Of a stretch of DNA of 64,000 bases, positions 21,123 through 32,234 are shown piece by piece. The first letter of the stretch is position 1. Every line of letters begins with the position of its first letter. Source of the DNA: an uncultured Barnesiella sp. (GTDB taxonomy: Bacteria > Bacteroidota > Bacteroidia > Bacteroidales > Muribaculaceae); contig CAYWXG010000001.1 of NCBI GenBank assembly GCA_964462445.1, positions 11,874-75,873 of the forward strand, in the 5' to 3' direction. The position numbers and the translations under genes are program-made. Under the pieces are notes generated by a model, which was not told where the DNA came from, searched no databases, and saw nothing but the letters and a program-made list of their open reading frames with translations.

Positions 21123-21839
21123 TTATTTGTTGAGCCCCGACTCGATAGCTGTGCGCGTCAGGTCCATTACTTCACTGCGAGCAGCCTCGTCGGATGGTGC
21201 CGATATTGGCTTGTGGATAGTAAGCACGATGTGACCGGGACGTGGCAATTTGCTTGTGCGAGGCATCACCTTAAATGAGCCGTCGATAGTTACCGGAACC
21301 AATGGTAGATTAAATTCAAGTGCGAGTTGGTAGGCCCCTTTCTTGAATGGTCCCATTTCCCCGGTAAACGTACGCGAGCCTTCGGGGAATACGACCAACG
21401 ACATTCCGTTGCGCAAACGCTCTTTGGCAGTTTCGATAGTGCTACGAATCGCGGCAGGGGAACTGCGGTCAACAAAAATATGTCCGCACTTATAGCAAGT
21501 GTAGCCTACGAGCAGTATCTTGCGCAAACTTTTTTTCATCATCCATTTGAAATTATGCCCTAAATATCCGTAGACCGAAAAGATGTCGTAGGCTCCTTGG
21601 TGGTTGGCAACAAAAACATAGGATGTCAGTTTGTCGATGTTCTCTCTACCTTTGACCGATACTCGAACTAATGATAAAAAGCAGAAAATTTTGCCCCAAA
21701 TCATTGCCGGATAATATCCCCAGAACGAACCATTACCAATAGCAGTGCCAATTATGATTGTTAAACAAACAAGCACCGTAGTCACTAAAAGCAACGGACA
21801 CGCGATAAGGATAAAGTAGATGTAATATAATACAAGCAT
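21123..21839 (-). CDS. 1-acyl-sn-glycerol-3-phosphate (lysophospholipid) acyltransferase, PlsC-like
   Basis: N-terminal TM segments, NHQGAYD (HX4D) and FPEGSRT motifs. Confidence 0.8.
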   Translation of the reverse strand: MLVLYYIYFILIACPLLLVTTVLVCLTIIIGTAIGNGSFWGYYPAMIWGKIFCFLSLVRVSVKGRENIDKLTSYVFVANHQGAYDIFSVYGYLGHNFKWMMKKSLRKILLVGYTCYKCGHIFVDRSSPAAIRSTIETAKERLRNGMSLVVFPEGSRTFTGEMGPFKKGAYQLALEFNLPLVPVTIDGSFKVMPRTSKLPRPGHIVLTIHKPISAPSDEAARSEVMDLTRTAIESGLNK

Positions 21840-21860
21840 CGGTTGGAACGGATTCTGTTA

Positions 21861-23141
21861 TTAATATGCAAACATTGGGTAATCGTTCATTGTAGCGTTG
21901 ACTTTTTCGCGAACTGAAGCGATTACTTTTTCGTTTTCGGGGTTAGAAAGAACGGTGTCGATCATTTCAACGATTTCTCCCATCAACTCTTCTTTAGCAC
22001 CACGAGTAGTGATTGCAGCAGTACCCAAACGGATTCCGGAAGTCTGGAACGGAGAACGGCTGTCGAAAGGTACCATATTCTTGTTGGCTGTAATGTCGGC
22101 ATCAACGAGAACTTTTTCAGCCACTTTACCTGTCAATTCGGGGAATTTAGTGCGCAAGTCAACGAGCATGCAGTGGTTGTCAGTACCGCCTGAAATAATC
22201 TTATAACCCTTGTCAACAAGAGCTTGAGCCATAACGGCAGCATTCTTCTTAACTTGAGTTTGATATTCTTTATAAGAGGGTTGCAAAGCTTCGCCGAAAG
22301 CTACTGCTTTTGCAGCTACAACGTGTTCGAGCGGACCTCCTTGTACGCCGGGGAATACTGCCGAGTCGAGAAGTGACGACATCTTGCGAATTACACCCTT
22401 CGGTGTTGTTTTGCCCCAAGGGTTGTCGAAATCTTTACCAAGCAAGATGATACCGCCACGCGGACCACGCAAAGTCTTGTGGGTGGTAGATGTCACGATA
22501 TGTGCATATTTTACAGGGTTGTCGAGGAGACCTGCCGCGATAAGACCTGCAGGGTGTGCCATGTCAACCATAAGTATTGCACCGATTTCATCGGCAAGAC
22601 GACGCATACGTGCGTAGTCCCATTCGCGAGAGTATGCGCTGGCTCCACCTACGATGAGGCGAGGGCGTTCTCTGCGTGCCACTTCTTCCATTTGGTCATA
22701 GTCAACGAGTCCGGTGTCTTCTTTGACATTGTATTCCAATGCTTGGAACATCATACCTGAGAAGTTGACGGGGCTGCCATGTGAAAGGTGTCCGCCATGA
22801 GCAAGATTTAATCCGAGGAACTTGTCTCCGGGACGGAGCACCGACATGAAAACAGCCATGTTGGCTTGAGCTCCGGAGTGGGGTTGTACATTGGCATATT
22901 CAGCGCCAAAGATTTCTTTAATGCGGTCAATGGCCAATTGCTCTGCCTCATCTACTACTTGGCAACCACCGTAGTAGCGATGACCGGGGTATCCTTCAGC
23001 GTATTTGTTGGTTAGGCATGAACCCATAGCCTGCATTACTTGGTCGCTGACGAAGTTTTCCGATGCAATGAGTTCGATTCCTTTCTTTTGACGATCATAC
23101 TCGCGAGCAATGATGTCGAAAATAGCTTTGTCTCTTTCCAT
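21861..23141 (-). CDS. glyA: Serine hydroxymethyltransferase
   Basis: SHMT signature [12 protein letters not shown]. Start taken at the internal ATG (MERDKAIFD...) to avoid overlap with the upstream gene. Confidence 0.95.
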   Translation of the reverse strand: MERDKAIFDIIAREYDRQKKGIELIASENFVSDQVMQAMGSCLTNKYAEGYPGHRYYGGCQVVDEAEQLAIDRIKEIFGAEYANVQPHSGAQANMAVFMSVLRPGDKFLGLNLAHGGHLSHGSPVNFSGMMFQALEYNVKEDTGLVDYDQMEEVARRERPRLIVGGASAYSREWDYARMRRLADEIGAILMVDMAHPAGLIAAGLLDNPVKYAHIVTSTTHKTLRGPRGGIILLGKDFDNPWGKTTPKGVIRKMSSLLDSAVFPGVQGGPLEHVVAAKAVAFGEALQPSYKEYQTQVKKNAAVMAQALVDKGYKIISGGTDNHCMLVDLRTKFPELTGKVAEKVLVDADITANKNMVPFDSRSPFQTSGIRLGTAAITTRGAKEELMGEIVEMIDTVLSNPENEKVIASVREKVNATMNDYPMFAY

Positions 23142-23161
23142 TATCTTTTTTACTTTAAAAA

Positions 23162-23731
23162 TTATTTCTTTTTTACGGTCCAACCGAAGTGCCCTATTTG
23201 TTCACCTTGGCGGTAATATTTTCCATGACTGTAGTTTATAAGCCCTGCCGCTCCGAGGTCAAATGCACCTGTCTGAGGGTCGATGAGGCTTTCATGGGCA
23301 ATCACGTTGACCACTTCGGCAATGAACATGTCGTGGCTACCGAGTGGCATTATAGTTTTCACTCTACATTCAATGCACAAAGGAGATTCCTCGATGTAAG
23401 GGCAGGCTACAGCAACACCTTTGGCCGGTGTTAATCCTGTTTCTTTCCATTTGTCGAAATCACGTCCCGACTTCACTCCAACCCAATCGGTGGCATGCGC
23501 CATAGATTCTGTCGTTAGGTTGATGGTGAATTGCATATTTTCTTTTATCATAGGATAGCTATGGCGTTCGGGGCGAACTGATATATAGCACATGGCGGGA
23601 TTGGTGCATATTGTGCCGGTCCACGCCACTGTGAGCATGTTGGAATGTTCGATGTCGCTACCGCAAGTAACAATGACTGCCGGCAACGGATATATCATAG
23701 TGCCCGGTTTCCAATTTTGTTTATTCGCCAT
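23162..23731 (-). CDS. Flavin reductase-like (flavoredoxin family) protein
   Basis: 189 aa with [10 protein letters not shown]...NMLTVAWTG pattern typical of the FMN-binding split-barrel flavin reductase domain. Confidence 0.7.
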   Translation of the reverse strand: MANKQNWKPGTMIYPLPAVIVTCGSDIEHSNMLTVAWTGTICTNPAMCYISVRPERHSYPMIKENMQFTINLTTESMAHATDWVGVKSGRDFDKWKETGLTPAKGVAVACPYIEESPLCIECRVKTIMPLGSHDMFIAEVVNVIAHESLIDPQTGAFDLGAAGLINYSHGKYYRQGEQIGHFGWTVKKK

Positions 23732-23768
23732 ATCGTTTCGTTATGTTGTGGGTAGAATAGCAGGTCGC

Positions 23769-24230
23769 TTAAATAATGTCGGCCTTCTCCCCTGTAGTGG
23801 TGTGGTTGCAATAATGACAACGAATTGTGCGAGTTGTGTTGTCTACAACTTCAAATTTTGTAGCCATCGGCTCGTTGTTGGATATGCACTTGGGATTGGA
23901 ACAACGCACTATCCCGACAACGGTTTGTGGCAATACAACAGGTCGTTTTTCAACGACTTGATAGTCGCGAATGATATTGACAACGGCAGTTGGCGCAACA
24001 AGAGCAACACGATTGAGAACCTTTTCAGGGAAAGTGACATCTGCGATCTTGATGATACCCTTGGCTCCCAATTTGTGGCTTTTTAGATTGTTGCCGATAG
24101 TGAGTTGATTGGATAGATTTTCTACACCCAATATTTTGACGCATTTAAACAATTGGTCGGCAGGTATGTGGTCAATTACAGTACCATTGCATAGAGCTGC
24201 TACCGCCAGTGAAGTTTTGTTAGTTGTCAT
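23769..24230 (-). CDS. pyrI: Aspartate carbamoyltransferase regulatory subunit
   Basis: 153 aa with GTVIDHI and a C-terminal Zn-binding Cys pattern (CSNPKCISN ... CHYCN). Directly downstream of pyrB. Confidence 0.9.
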   Translation of the reverse strand: MTTNKTSLAVAALCNGTVIDHIPADQLFKCVKILGVENLSNQLTIGNNLKSHKLGAKGIIKIADVTFPEKVLNRVALVAPTAVVNIIRDYQVVEKRPVVLPQTVVGIVRCSNPKCISNNEPMATKFEVVDNTTRTIRCHYCNHTTTGEKADII

Positions 24231-24266
24231 TTATGCTGAGATTAAAAACCGTTGTAATTTTGTTGA

Positions 24267-25202
24267 TTAATTAGATGACTCATTAATTGTTGGTGTGATT
24301 TGAAGAGCATCACATATGAGCGCTTGACGCATGAACAATCCGTTGCGTGCCTGATTGAAATAGTAGGCTTTGGGATTGTCGTCGACGTCGGGTGAAATTT
24401 CATTAACACGTGGTAGCGGGTGGAGTATACGCAAATTATCACGAGAATTGTCGAGCATTGAGTTGCGCAAAGTGTACAAATCTTTTACGCGTTCATATTC
24501 GGCTAAGTCGGTGAAGCGTTCGCGTTGCACTCGCGTCATGTATATAATGTCGGAGGAGTTAATCACCTCTTCTGAGAAATCTGTGTGAATAGTGTAGCTT
24601 ATACCTTGTTCGTCGCAGAATTTCAGATATTCTTTAGGCATCTGCAACTCTTCGCAAGCTACGAAACGAAATGTTGGGTTGAAATATTTCATCGCCATAA
24701 TGAGCGAATGGACTGTACGTCCGTATTTGAGGTCGCCCACTAAAGTGATGGTAAGACCCTGCAAAGTGCCCTGAGTTTTGTAGATAGAGTAAAGGTCGAG
24801 CATAGTTTGCGAAGGGTGTTGGTTGGCACCGTCGCCGGCATTTATTACCGGAGTGTCGGTGACTTCGGCGGCATAGCGTGCTGCACCTTCCAAATAGTGT
24901 CGCATGATTATCAAATCTGTATAGTTCGACACCATCTTTATTGTATCTTTCAGCGTTTCTCCTTTCGACGACGACGAGGTGCTGGCATCCGCAAATCCGA
25001 TAATGCGTCCACCGAGGCGATTGACAGCGGTTTCAAAACTAAGTCGGGTGCGAGTAGAAGGTTCAAAAAAAAGCGTCCCCACAACTTTTCCGTCAAGGAT
25101 TTTGTGATTGGGATGCTCTTCAAAATAGCGTGCTTGCTCCAAAAGGTGGAGCATCTGATCTTTGCTCAAATCAGAGATTGATACCAAGCTATGCTTATTC
25201 AT
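24267..25202 (-). CDS. pyrB: Aspartate carbamoyltransferase catalytic subunit
   Basis: [13 protein letters not shown] and HPLPR motifs. Confidence 0.95.
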   Translation of the reverse strand: MNKHSLVSISDLSKDQMLHLLEQARYFEEHPNHKILDGKVVGTLFFEPSTRTRLSFETAVNRLGGRIIGFADASTSSSSKGETLKDTIKMVSNYTDLIIMRHYLEGAARYAAEVTDTPVINAGDGANQHPSQTMLDLYSIYKTQGTLQGLTITLVGDLKYGRTVHSLIMAMKYFNPTFRFVACEELQMPKEYLKFCDEQGISYTIHTDFSEEVINSSDIIYMTRVQRERFTDLAEYERVKDLYTLRNSMLDNSRDNLRILHPLPRVNEISPDVDDNPKAYYFNQARNGLFMRQALICDALQITPTINESSN

Positions 25203-25261
25203 TGCGGTGAGATATTTTATCTAAGAGAAGGGTAGTTGCCCACTCTAAGTTTGTTTGTTTG

Positions 25262-25269
25262 CAAAATTA
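25262..25269 (-). promoter_or_regulatory. -7 box (TAATTTTG on minus strand) upstream of pyrB
   Basis: Plus-strand CAAAATTA, about 60 nt upstream of the start at 25202. Confidence 0.35.
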
Positions 25270-25429
25270 CAAAAATCCCTTGTCACTTGCAACCTCCGCA
25301 CTAATAAAAATCCCCCGCTTTCAAAATTAATTAGAAAACGATGCTAAGTAAAAGTATCATTCATTGAAAAATGATATAGAGTATGTTGTAGATATAAAGA
25401 GATGCGAGGTAAATTCTGCAATGATGATA

Positions 25430-27709
25430 TTATTCGCGGTAGTAAATGCGTTTGACACGTGGTGATATTGAGGTCAAGATTTCGTAGGGGATTGTAGTGA
25501 GAGTGTCGGCCAGCATTTGTGGTGTGATAGTCTCTCCAAAAATCTCAACATGGTCACCAACAGCACATACTGCATCGGTAACATCAATCATGCATATATC
25601 CATGCAAATAGAGCCGATGGTGGGACAGTGATATCCGTTGACAATGAATGAAGTGTTGCCGTAGCCAAGATGGCGGTCAATTCCATCGGCATATCCCACG
25701 GGAATTGTAGCAATGATTGAATCGCGGGTCAGGCATCCGCGTCGGTTGTAACCTACAGTATCTCCTGCCTTCCAATGTTTTATTGAAATAATGGTTGACA
25801 TAAGTCGCGACACGTTGCGCAATTGGTCCATTGATCCGTCGGAAATTGTAGGTACGCCATAGAGCCCTATGCCCAATCTGACAAAGTCATATTGGTATTG
25901 GGGAAAGCGCACAATGCCGGTAGAGTTGAGGATGTGGCGCTTTATTGGATATGAGAGTGCGCTCGATAGTAAGTCGTAGCAACGTTCAAAGATGGCAAAT
26001 TGATTAAGCGTGTATGTATCCTCGGTAGGGTCGTCGGCACAAGCCAAATGAGAAAACATTGTTTTAGCATAGATATGTTGTGCGTTGCAGAGCATTTGGG
26101 CAAGACGAGGCATATCCTCTTCAAGGAAGCCAAGACGGCGCATCCCGGTGTCGATTTTCAAGTGGATTGGGAATTGTACATTGTCGTCGTAGTTGGCAAA
26201 ATGTTCGGTCAGTTGCTCCAATAGTTCAAAGCTATAGACTTCGGGCTCGAGGTTGTAGCGATAGAGTGTGCGTATGTCGTGAGCCCGAGGATTAAGTACG
26301 ATGATAGGCATTGAAATGCCGCAACGACGCAACTCAATGCCCTCGTCGACAACTGCAACAGCGATGTAAGCTGCACCTTGCTCTTGCAATGTGCGAGCCA
26401 ACTCTACCGATCCGGCACCATAGCCATGGGCTTTCAGCATGCATATGATGCCTGTAGTCGGCTTAATTTTTGAGCGGAAAAAGTTGAAGTTATGAACCAT
26501 TGCGTCGAGGTTCACTTCCATTACCGTTTCGTGTTGTTTATCTTCCAGAATAGCTACTACTTTGTCAACACTGCAATCATCGGCGGTGTTGACAACAATA
26601 ATTTCGTCGTGAAAATCATTTTTGATGATATTTTCGGGATTGCATAGCGTTGTCAGGTGGCATTTGCCAATGCCGTAGCGGTCGGTGATGCGTTTTAGCT
26701 CGTTGGGGTAACGTCCGGCTGTTGATTCATCTATAATAAGAGAAATCAACACGTTACCTCCCGATTGACGGCGAGCAAAATCAAGGGCGCCACAGAGTGA
26801 TTGCGGGTCGGAGCTAAGACGATTGGCTACGATACGACAATTATTGACTCCATCGATTACTTCCATGCGAGTGATGGGCCGACGAGGTGACTCCGGAATA
26901 TCGATTTTTGTTCCGGTTATTTCTGCTATTTTTTCAACATAGCAAAGGCAGTCGGTGAAGTCATTCTTTGCCCCGGCATTGACACCAATGAAGCATTTGT
27001 TGGGAAATCGGCGATGGAGCAACTCCTCTTGGTCAGGGTCATTGCTATTATAAATAATCGTCTGACAATCAATAAAGAGTTCTATCTTTTCTTCTATTTT
27101 TTGACGTCGGGAATTGAACCCTTCAGAATGCTCGTCGGTGATAACAGTCAGCACACCGATGTCGGGTTTTATCATTTTTTCCAATCGAGCCATTTCCCCT
27201 GTTTGGGAGATGCCGGCTTCAACGATAGCGATGTCGGCTTTTTCCTCGAGTTGCCAAAGTGACAACGGAACGCCTACTTGCGAATTGTAGGAACGAGGAC
27301 TGCGAGTTACTGATTTATTACCTCCATGAGAGTAATTATAGAATAGCTCTTTTATGGTGGTTTTGCCGATACTTCCGGTGATAGCAATCACGTTGCAACT
27401 TAAACGTTGGCGACACATTCTCCCAATCATTTGGAGGGCATTGAAAGTGTCGTCAACTTTGATAAAGTTGATGTTGTCAATATCCCAACTGCTATCGATG
27501 TGGTCGACAATAAAATTATGCACTCCCTTGCCAATTAACTCCTCTACATATGCATGTCCGTCGTTGGTTGAGGTACGTATAGCTACGAAAATAGTTTTCG
27601 CCGGATTACACACCAAGCGACTGTCGGTCAACAATTCTTCGATTTCATAATCAAATTGAGCTGACTGTCCTGTTAAAAGAGTCGCTATGTCGGATATATT
27701 AATTTTCAT
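25430..27709 (-). CDS. Bifunctional UDP-MurNAc-pentapeptide synthetase (MurF-like) / alanine racemase fusion
   Basis: N-terminal Mur ligase part (ITGSIGKTTIKE). C-terminal PLP alanine racemase part (CMLKAHGYGAG, PIHLKIDTGMRRLG, ICMDICMIDV). Confidence 0.85.
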   Translation of the reverse strand: MKINISDIATLLTGQSAQFDYEIEELLTDSRLVCNPAKTIFVAIRTSTNDGHAYVEELIGKGVHNFIVDHIDSSWDIDNINFIKVDDTFNALQMIGRMCRQRLSCNVIAITGSIGKTTIKELFYNYSHGGNKSVTRSPRSYNSQVGVPLSLWQLEEKADIAIVEAGISQTGEMARLEKMIKPDIGVLTVITDEHSEGFNSRRQKIEEKIELFIDCQTIIYNSNDPDQEELLHRRFPNKCFIGVNAGAKNDFTDCLCYVEKIAEITGTKIDIPESPRRPITRMEVIDGVNNCRIVANRLSSDPQSLCGALDFARRQSGGNVLISLIIDESTAGRYPNELKRITDRYGIGKCHLTTLCNPENIIKNDFHDEIIVVNTADDCSVDKVVAILEDKQHETVMEVNLDAMVHNFNFFRSKIKPTTGIICMLKAHGYGAGSVELARTLQEQGAAYIAVAVVDEGIELRRCGISMPIIVLNPRAHDIRTLYRYNLEPEVYSFELLEQLTEHFANYDDNVQFPIHLKIDTGMRRLGFLEEDMPRLAQMLCNAQHIYAKTMFSHLACADDPTEDTYTLNQFAIFERCYDLLSSALSYPIKRHILNSTGIVRFPQYQYDFVRLGIGLYGVPTISDGSMDQLRNVSRLMSTIISIKHWKAGDTVGYNRRGCLTRDSIIATIPVGYADGIDRHLGYGNTSFIVNGYHCPTIGSICMDICMIDVTDAVCAVGDHVEIFGETITPQMLADTLTTIPYEILTSISPRVKRIYYRE

Positions 27710-28662
27710 TGTTTAAGAGCAATAAATCGTTGAAATAAATCGTCATTGTTCCCGGCTAAATTTTTAGCAAGTTTATAGGTGTCCTCTAAAAAGGCGGTTT
27801 CGGCTTCAAGTGAGGAATGGCGATGCTCAAGTCGGCGTATCAATTTACCCCAACGGTCGGCTTGCGCTATTGTTGCCGGAGTCATAACTGATTGGCGGAA
27901 AATATCATAGACATATTCAACGGCTTGAGTAGATGGATGAACCAAATCATCGGCATACCATCTATAATCCCTCAAATCGTCGACTACAATTTCGTAGGAG
28001 GGGAAATATTTGATGCGCTCATTGAGAAGGTCGTGAACGGCGACTATTAGCGTTGATTTTGATAATCGGTCGTGCTCAAGACCATAGCCTATGTGGCGCA
28101 CGGGACTAACTGTAAATATTACTTTTAGCTTGGGATTCAACTCAAAAAGCTTATGAAGTAGCTTGCTCCATTGATGGCTTATTCGGGCAACCGATAGTTT
28201 CTCTACGATAAATTGTTCGGCAGGTAGCTTGTGGCAGTTGGCTACGATATTACCCGAGGGGAGGTGGCGATGACCAATGGCCGACCCGAAAGTCACTATC
28301 AAAAAATCGGCATTAAGAAGTTGCTGTCGTGTGTCCTCCAAACTGCTATTAAGCATTTGCAGAGTGGCATCGCTGTCGGATAGCGAAAAGCGAGAGTGGC
28401 GACGCAGTGTGCGCCAAGTGCCGTCGACTTCGAAAAGTTCAGCTTCCGAAAAATCCTTACCATCGAGCGCATCGTTGATAGCATCGGCAATGCTAACAGG
28501 GTTGAAAAGAGTGCCTAATGGATTAACCTTTACATCAAATAGTTGAGATTGAAGGCGATGACCGATTTCATCGGTAAAACACGAACCAATCATGACGATA
28601 GAAGTGCCGTGGTTTATTTCGACATCAATCTGTGGTGTTGATATTTCGGTACGCCATTTCAT
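27706..28662 (-). CDS. GSCFA-domain protein
   Basis: MIGSCFTDEIG motif near the N-terminus. Start at the internal ATG (28662), since the longer ORF overlaps the upstream ompA-family gene. ATGA overlap with the downstream gene. Confidence 0.75.
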   Translation of the reverse strand: MKWRTEISTPQIDVEINHGTSIVMIGSCFTDEIGHRLQSQLFDVKVNPLGTLFNPVSIADAINDALDGKDFSEAELFEVDGTWRTLRRHSRFSLSDSDATLQMLNSSLEDTRQQLLNADFLIVTFGSAIGHRHLPSGNIVANCHKLPAEQFIVEKLSVARISHQWSKLLHKLFELNPKLKVIFTVSPVRHIGYGLEHDRLSKSTLIVAVHDLLNERIKYFPSYEIVVDDLRDYRWYADDLVHPSTQAVEYVYDIFRQSVMTPATIAQADRWGKLIRRLEHRHSSLEAETAFLEDTYKLAKNLAGNNDDLFQRFIALKQ

Positions 28663-28687
28663 AGCACTGAATTCCCTATTGACACTA

Positions 28688-30661
28688 TCAGAACATATTA
28701 TAGTTAATAGAAAGCACTTGGAACTCTGTGCGTCGGTTGATTTGGTCGGCAGCTTCTTGGTCAGCTTCTGAAAGGGTTTCGATAAATTGTTCATCTAACA
28801 CTATGCCTTCCGGGAACTGGGGGTATTCCTTAGCCAATCGTTTAGTTATAGTTTTCGGTCGCGACTCACCGTAGCCCATATGCTGAAGTCGGTCGGCGGA
28901 AATCCCCACAGATATAAGATAGTCGATAACCGATTTAGCACGTCGCTCCGATAGCGCAAGGTTATATTCGTTGGAACCCTTGCGGTCGGTGTGTGATGCC
29001 ATTTCAATTGTGATGTTTGGGTTATCGCGCATAATTTGAGCCATTTCATCGAGCGCGGTTTTCGACTCGGGTCGTAGTGTCGCTTTGTCGAAGTCGTAGA
29101 ATATATTTTCAATTACAACAGGCTTGTTAATAGACGCAAGGATAAAATCGACACCATATTCGGCATCTTCTTCCGCAGTATCGGATGTGAATTCTTGTTT
29201 GGCATTAAGATAGCCTTTCGCACCGGCAAGCATAACATAGCTAACTCCGCGCGACAACGTGAAACGGAACGACCCGTCATTTCGTGCAATCTCTTTCTGA
29301 TTGGAGCCGTCGTTGCCCACAATACGTATCACGGCGTTGGGCACAGGTTCATCGTCGCGGTCGAGCACCCACCCCGAAATCCATATTTGTAATTCAGGTA
29401 GTTCAAATGAGAATATGTGGTCATATCCGCGAGCATCATCACGATTCGACGACAAGAATCCACGTTCTGCCCCAGGTTCGTAGGTAATCCCGAAATCATC
29501 GGAAGGGGAGTTTACGGGGCGTCCCATATTTTCTACTTTCCAACCGCCTGATTTAGTCATCTCTGCACGGAATATATCAAGACCGCCATATCCGGGGTGA
29601 CCGTCGGAGGCAAAATACATCACAGAATCGGTGCGCATATAGGGGAACATCTCATCGCCGGGTGTGTTTATCCAATTCCCTAAATTTTCGAGCGAACCAA
29701 CTCTGTCCTTGAGGTTAATACGCCAAATGTCGCGACCACCTTCACCGCCGGGCATGTCGGAAGTGAAATAAAGGTAGTTGCCGTCGGGCGACACTGCCGG
29801 ATGGGCATATACCGATAGGGTATCGGCCGTAATGTCAAGTTTTTGTGCTGCGCTCCAAGAGGCATCTGCTCGAGTAGATGTATAGATTTCAACTGATGTA
29901 GGTGCGTTAGGCTCCCGACGAGCTTTTGTTAGATACATCATTGACCCATCGGGTGAGAATGATATAATACCTTCGTCAAATTCGGTATTTAATTCTCCTT
30001 CCACAGCTTCCGGACGCAACCATTCGCCACGCTCATTTTTTCGTGCCATCCAAATATCACCTTTTTTCATTCCGGTAATTTCGGATTTTTTAGAACCGTT
30101 GACATTTTCATTCGTTGTCGTAAAATATAGGTTGTCGGCATCTCCGGGGGCATACATAGGTGCATAGTCCGAGCGTCGAGAGTTGAACAGCTTGTGTTGG
30201 CGCACGATATAGCGAGTGCGCTGTCCTCGTGTAGCATTGGCCATTGTGGCTCCGTCGAGTCCTACTTTCGCAATTTTTGAATCCGGGTCAAAGGCAAGAT
30301 AATCTTCGTAGGCTTTTATTGCTTGTGGATATTTTCCTTCGGAGTGAAGTGCCTGTGCCATATATAGTAATGCCAAAGAATCGGGATACTTGTAGCGAAG
30401 GGCATTCTGAAAAGCAGCCGCTGCGCGTGCCGACTGATTAAGCTCTCTATGGCATAATCCCATTTTCCAAGCCACTTCTCCTCGCAAAGTGCGTTCTTCT
30501 GGCTTGGTCAACTTATTGTAGATTTTGCGATATGTTTTTGCTGCATCGTTATATTCTCCGCGAGTATATTGCTCGTTGGCAGTAGCAAGTTTCGGACCAC
30601 CACAACTCGATATAGCTCCGCATGCCACAACGACATATATTATATAGATTAATCTTCTCAT
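28688..30661 (-). CDS. OmpA-family lipoprotein with TPR, PD40/TolB-like beta-propeller repeats, CarboxypepD_reg-like domain and C-terminal OmpA peptidoglycan-binding domain
   Basis: Lipoprotein-like signal (..AISSCGG), TPR helices and repeated DG..lYFtS motifs. OmpA_C motif NIFYDFDKATLRPES ... HTDRKGSNEYNLALSERRAKSV. Confidence 0.8.
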   Translation of the reverse strand: MRRLIYIIYVVVACGAISSCGGPKLATANEQYTRGEYNDAAKTYRKIYNKLTKPEERTLRGEVAWKMGLCHRELNQSARAAAAFQNALRYKYPDSLALLYMAQALHSEGKYPQAIKAYEDYLAFDPDSKIAKVGLDGATMANATRGQRTRYIVRQHKLFNSRRSDYAPMYAPGDADNLYFTTTNENVNGSKKSEITGMKKGDIWMARKNERGEWLRPEAVEGELNTEFDEGIISFSPDGSMMYLTKARREPNAPTSVEIYTSTRADASWSAAQKLDITADTLSVYAHPAVSPDGNYLYFTSDMPGGEGGRDIWRINLKDRVGSLENLGNWINTPGDEMFPYMRTDSVMYFASDGHPGYGGLDIFRAEMTKSGGWKVENMGRPVNSPSDDFGITYEPGAERGFLSSNRDDARGYDHIFSFELPELQIWISGWVLDRDDEPVPNAVIRIVGNDGSNQKEIARNDGSFRFTLSRGVSYVMLAGAKGYLNAKQEFTSDTAEEDAEYGVDFILASINKPVVIENIFYDFDKATLRPESKTALDEMAQIMRDNPNITIEMASHTDRKGSNEYNLALSERRAKSVIDYLISVGISADRLQHMGYGESRPKTITKRLAKEYPQFPEGIVLDEQFIETLSEADQEAADQINRRTEFQVLSINYNMF

Positions 30662-30769
30662 TTTTTTTGAAACGGGATTATCAAAATTACACTAAATATA
30701 TAATTCACCATGGTTATGGTAATTATATAACGACAAAGATAGTAAATTTATTTTTTGGAATTGCAATAA

Positions 30770-31819
30770 CTACCACAGATTGAAGCGATAACCCACCGAC
30801 ATTTCCAAATTGAAAACCGATGATAGCATTGAGCGCCTATGGTCGCGTGCCATTCCTACGCGTGCATTGAATATTGCACCGGCAAACCAATGCTTGTTGT
30901 TCCACACCACTGAAAGTTCACTACGTGCAAGTGCTGTGAATGATAATTTTTTAGTCGTTGTGTCAATGTAATATCCGTCGGATAACCCATACATGAGTTG
31001 TCCGGTTGCTCCCAACACCCAGTGTCGGGCAAATACCCAGTTGTATCCGTAGCCTCCGGATAAAATGTAGTTGTGAGTTTTTAATATGTAATGATTGTCG
31101 GGTATGTCGTTGGGGATTGCTACTGCCATATCTTCGGGCAGTCCATTTAAATCGAAATCATATTCAACACGCCCGTAGGAGAACCCGGCAAAAAATGAGC
31201 CTGCTGAGCGTTTCTGTACTCTGGAAAACGCAAATGCTGCGGCATGAGAATAGTGCTTGTGGGAGAAATAATAAGAGATATCGAGTCCCCACGATGTGTT
31301 GTCAATTCCTTTATACACTAAATCCGGATTATAACCATTTTTGCCATAGGGTTTGAAGGAATTGATATGAGAGCCGGTGTTGTTCTGGATAAAATATAGA
31401 CTTGCGTTGAACAACATGCAGTTAAATCCAAACACCCAACGTCGCTTTGCTTCTTCCCCCCCATTGAAATAGCGAGATATGTTCTTGTCATAACCTACCG
31501 ACACTGCCAAATATTGAAGGTGCAACCCGATAGACGTTGAAGGGTTGGATACCATAGACATATCAGTGTCGTTCTCGAAGTGCAAGTCGTATCTGTCGGT
31601 CCAAGTCTCTGTTTGCACCTTTGTGTTCCATTTGTAGCCGGTGCCATCAACGTAGACTGTGTCGTAGCCATTGAAGAATTTGTCACCCCAGCGATAGGTG
31701 TTTACACAAAAACGGGGGAATTTTCCCCAGCTGGCAATAGAGTCAAGGTCAAAACTGATAGCCTTAACGGAGAATGTGCCGACAATTGTCAAGAGTAGCC
31801 ACAGTATTCTACCTTTCAC
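30770..31819 (-). CDS. Putative outer-membrane beta-barrel protein of unknown function
   Basis: Signal peptide (MKGRILWLLLTIVGTFSVKA), Y/G/F-rich alternating pattern and C-terminal aromatic residue. Family not identified with certainty. Confidence 0.5.
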   Translation of the reverse strand: MKGRILWLLLTIVGTFSVKAISFDLDSIASWGKFPRFCVNTYRWGDKFFNGYDTVYVDGTGYKWNTKVQTETWTDRYDLHFENDTDMSMVSNPSTSIGLHLQYLAVSVGYDKNISRYFNGGEEAKRRWVFGFNCMLFNASLYFIQNNTGSHINSFKPYGKNGYNPDLVYKGIDNTSWGLDISYYFSHKHYSHAAAFAFSRVQKRSAGSFFAGFSYGRVEYDFDLNGLPEDMAVAIPNDIPDNHYILKTHNYILSGGYGYNWVFARHWVLGATGQLMYGLSDGYYIDTTTKKLSFTALARSELSVVWNNKHWFAGAIFNARVGMARDHRRSMLSSVFNLEMSVGYRFNLW

Positions 31820-32040
31820 TCTATTTTTTTTCTTTAGTTAATAATTGAACTCAATTGGATGGTGCAAAGTTATGCAAAATCTTTCATCTATCGTCTCTTA
31901 TTTTACAGATAATATGGCTAAATTGGCAGATAAATTGTAAAGAAGTCGTAAAATAGTATTTATTGAAATAGCAGATGATGATTAAAAATGGCTGAAAAAT
32001 ATAAATTTATTTGCATTTCGGTCAAAAAAGTGTGCATTTT

Positions 32041-32072
32041 TTTGCTAATACGGGCTTTTTTAAATACTTTTG
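32041..32072 (+). promoter_or_regulatory. Bacteroidetes-type promoter for the ilv operon: -33 TTTG, 20-nt spacer, -7 TACTTTTG
   Basis: TTTG at 32041-32044 and TAnnTTTG at 32065-32072. About 160 nt upstream of the ilvD ATG. Confidence 0.5.
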
Positions 32073-32234
32073 CAAAATTGTGATTAAAAATTATGTTTCA
32101 TAGCATATTTTCAATCACTTAACATTGTCAAGGGGAATATTAGTTTGAGTATGAAATGTGGTTTAAACAATAATCCCTGACTAATAGGACAATTTTTTTA
32201 GAACAAATGCTTCAATAATTTAAATAATATCAAT

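Noticed and set aside
28663-28794. Upstream extension of the GSCFA ORF to 28794
   Set aside because: The extension overlaps the 3' end of the ompA-family gene. The internal ATG at 28662 gives a normal N-terminus (MKWRTEISTP...).
32093-32122. Possible leader peptide (MFHSIFSIT) and other mini-ORFs in the ~160-nt ilvD leader
   Set aside because: There is no run of Ile/Leu/Val codons and no alternative terminator/antiterminator hairpins, so attenuation of the enterobacterial type is not supported.
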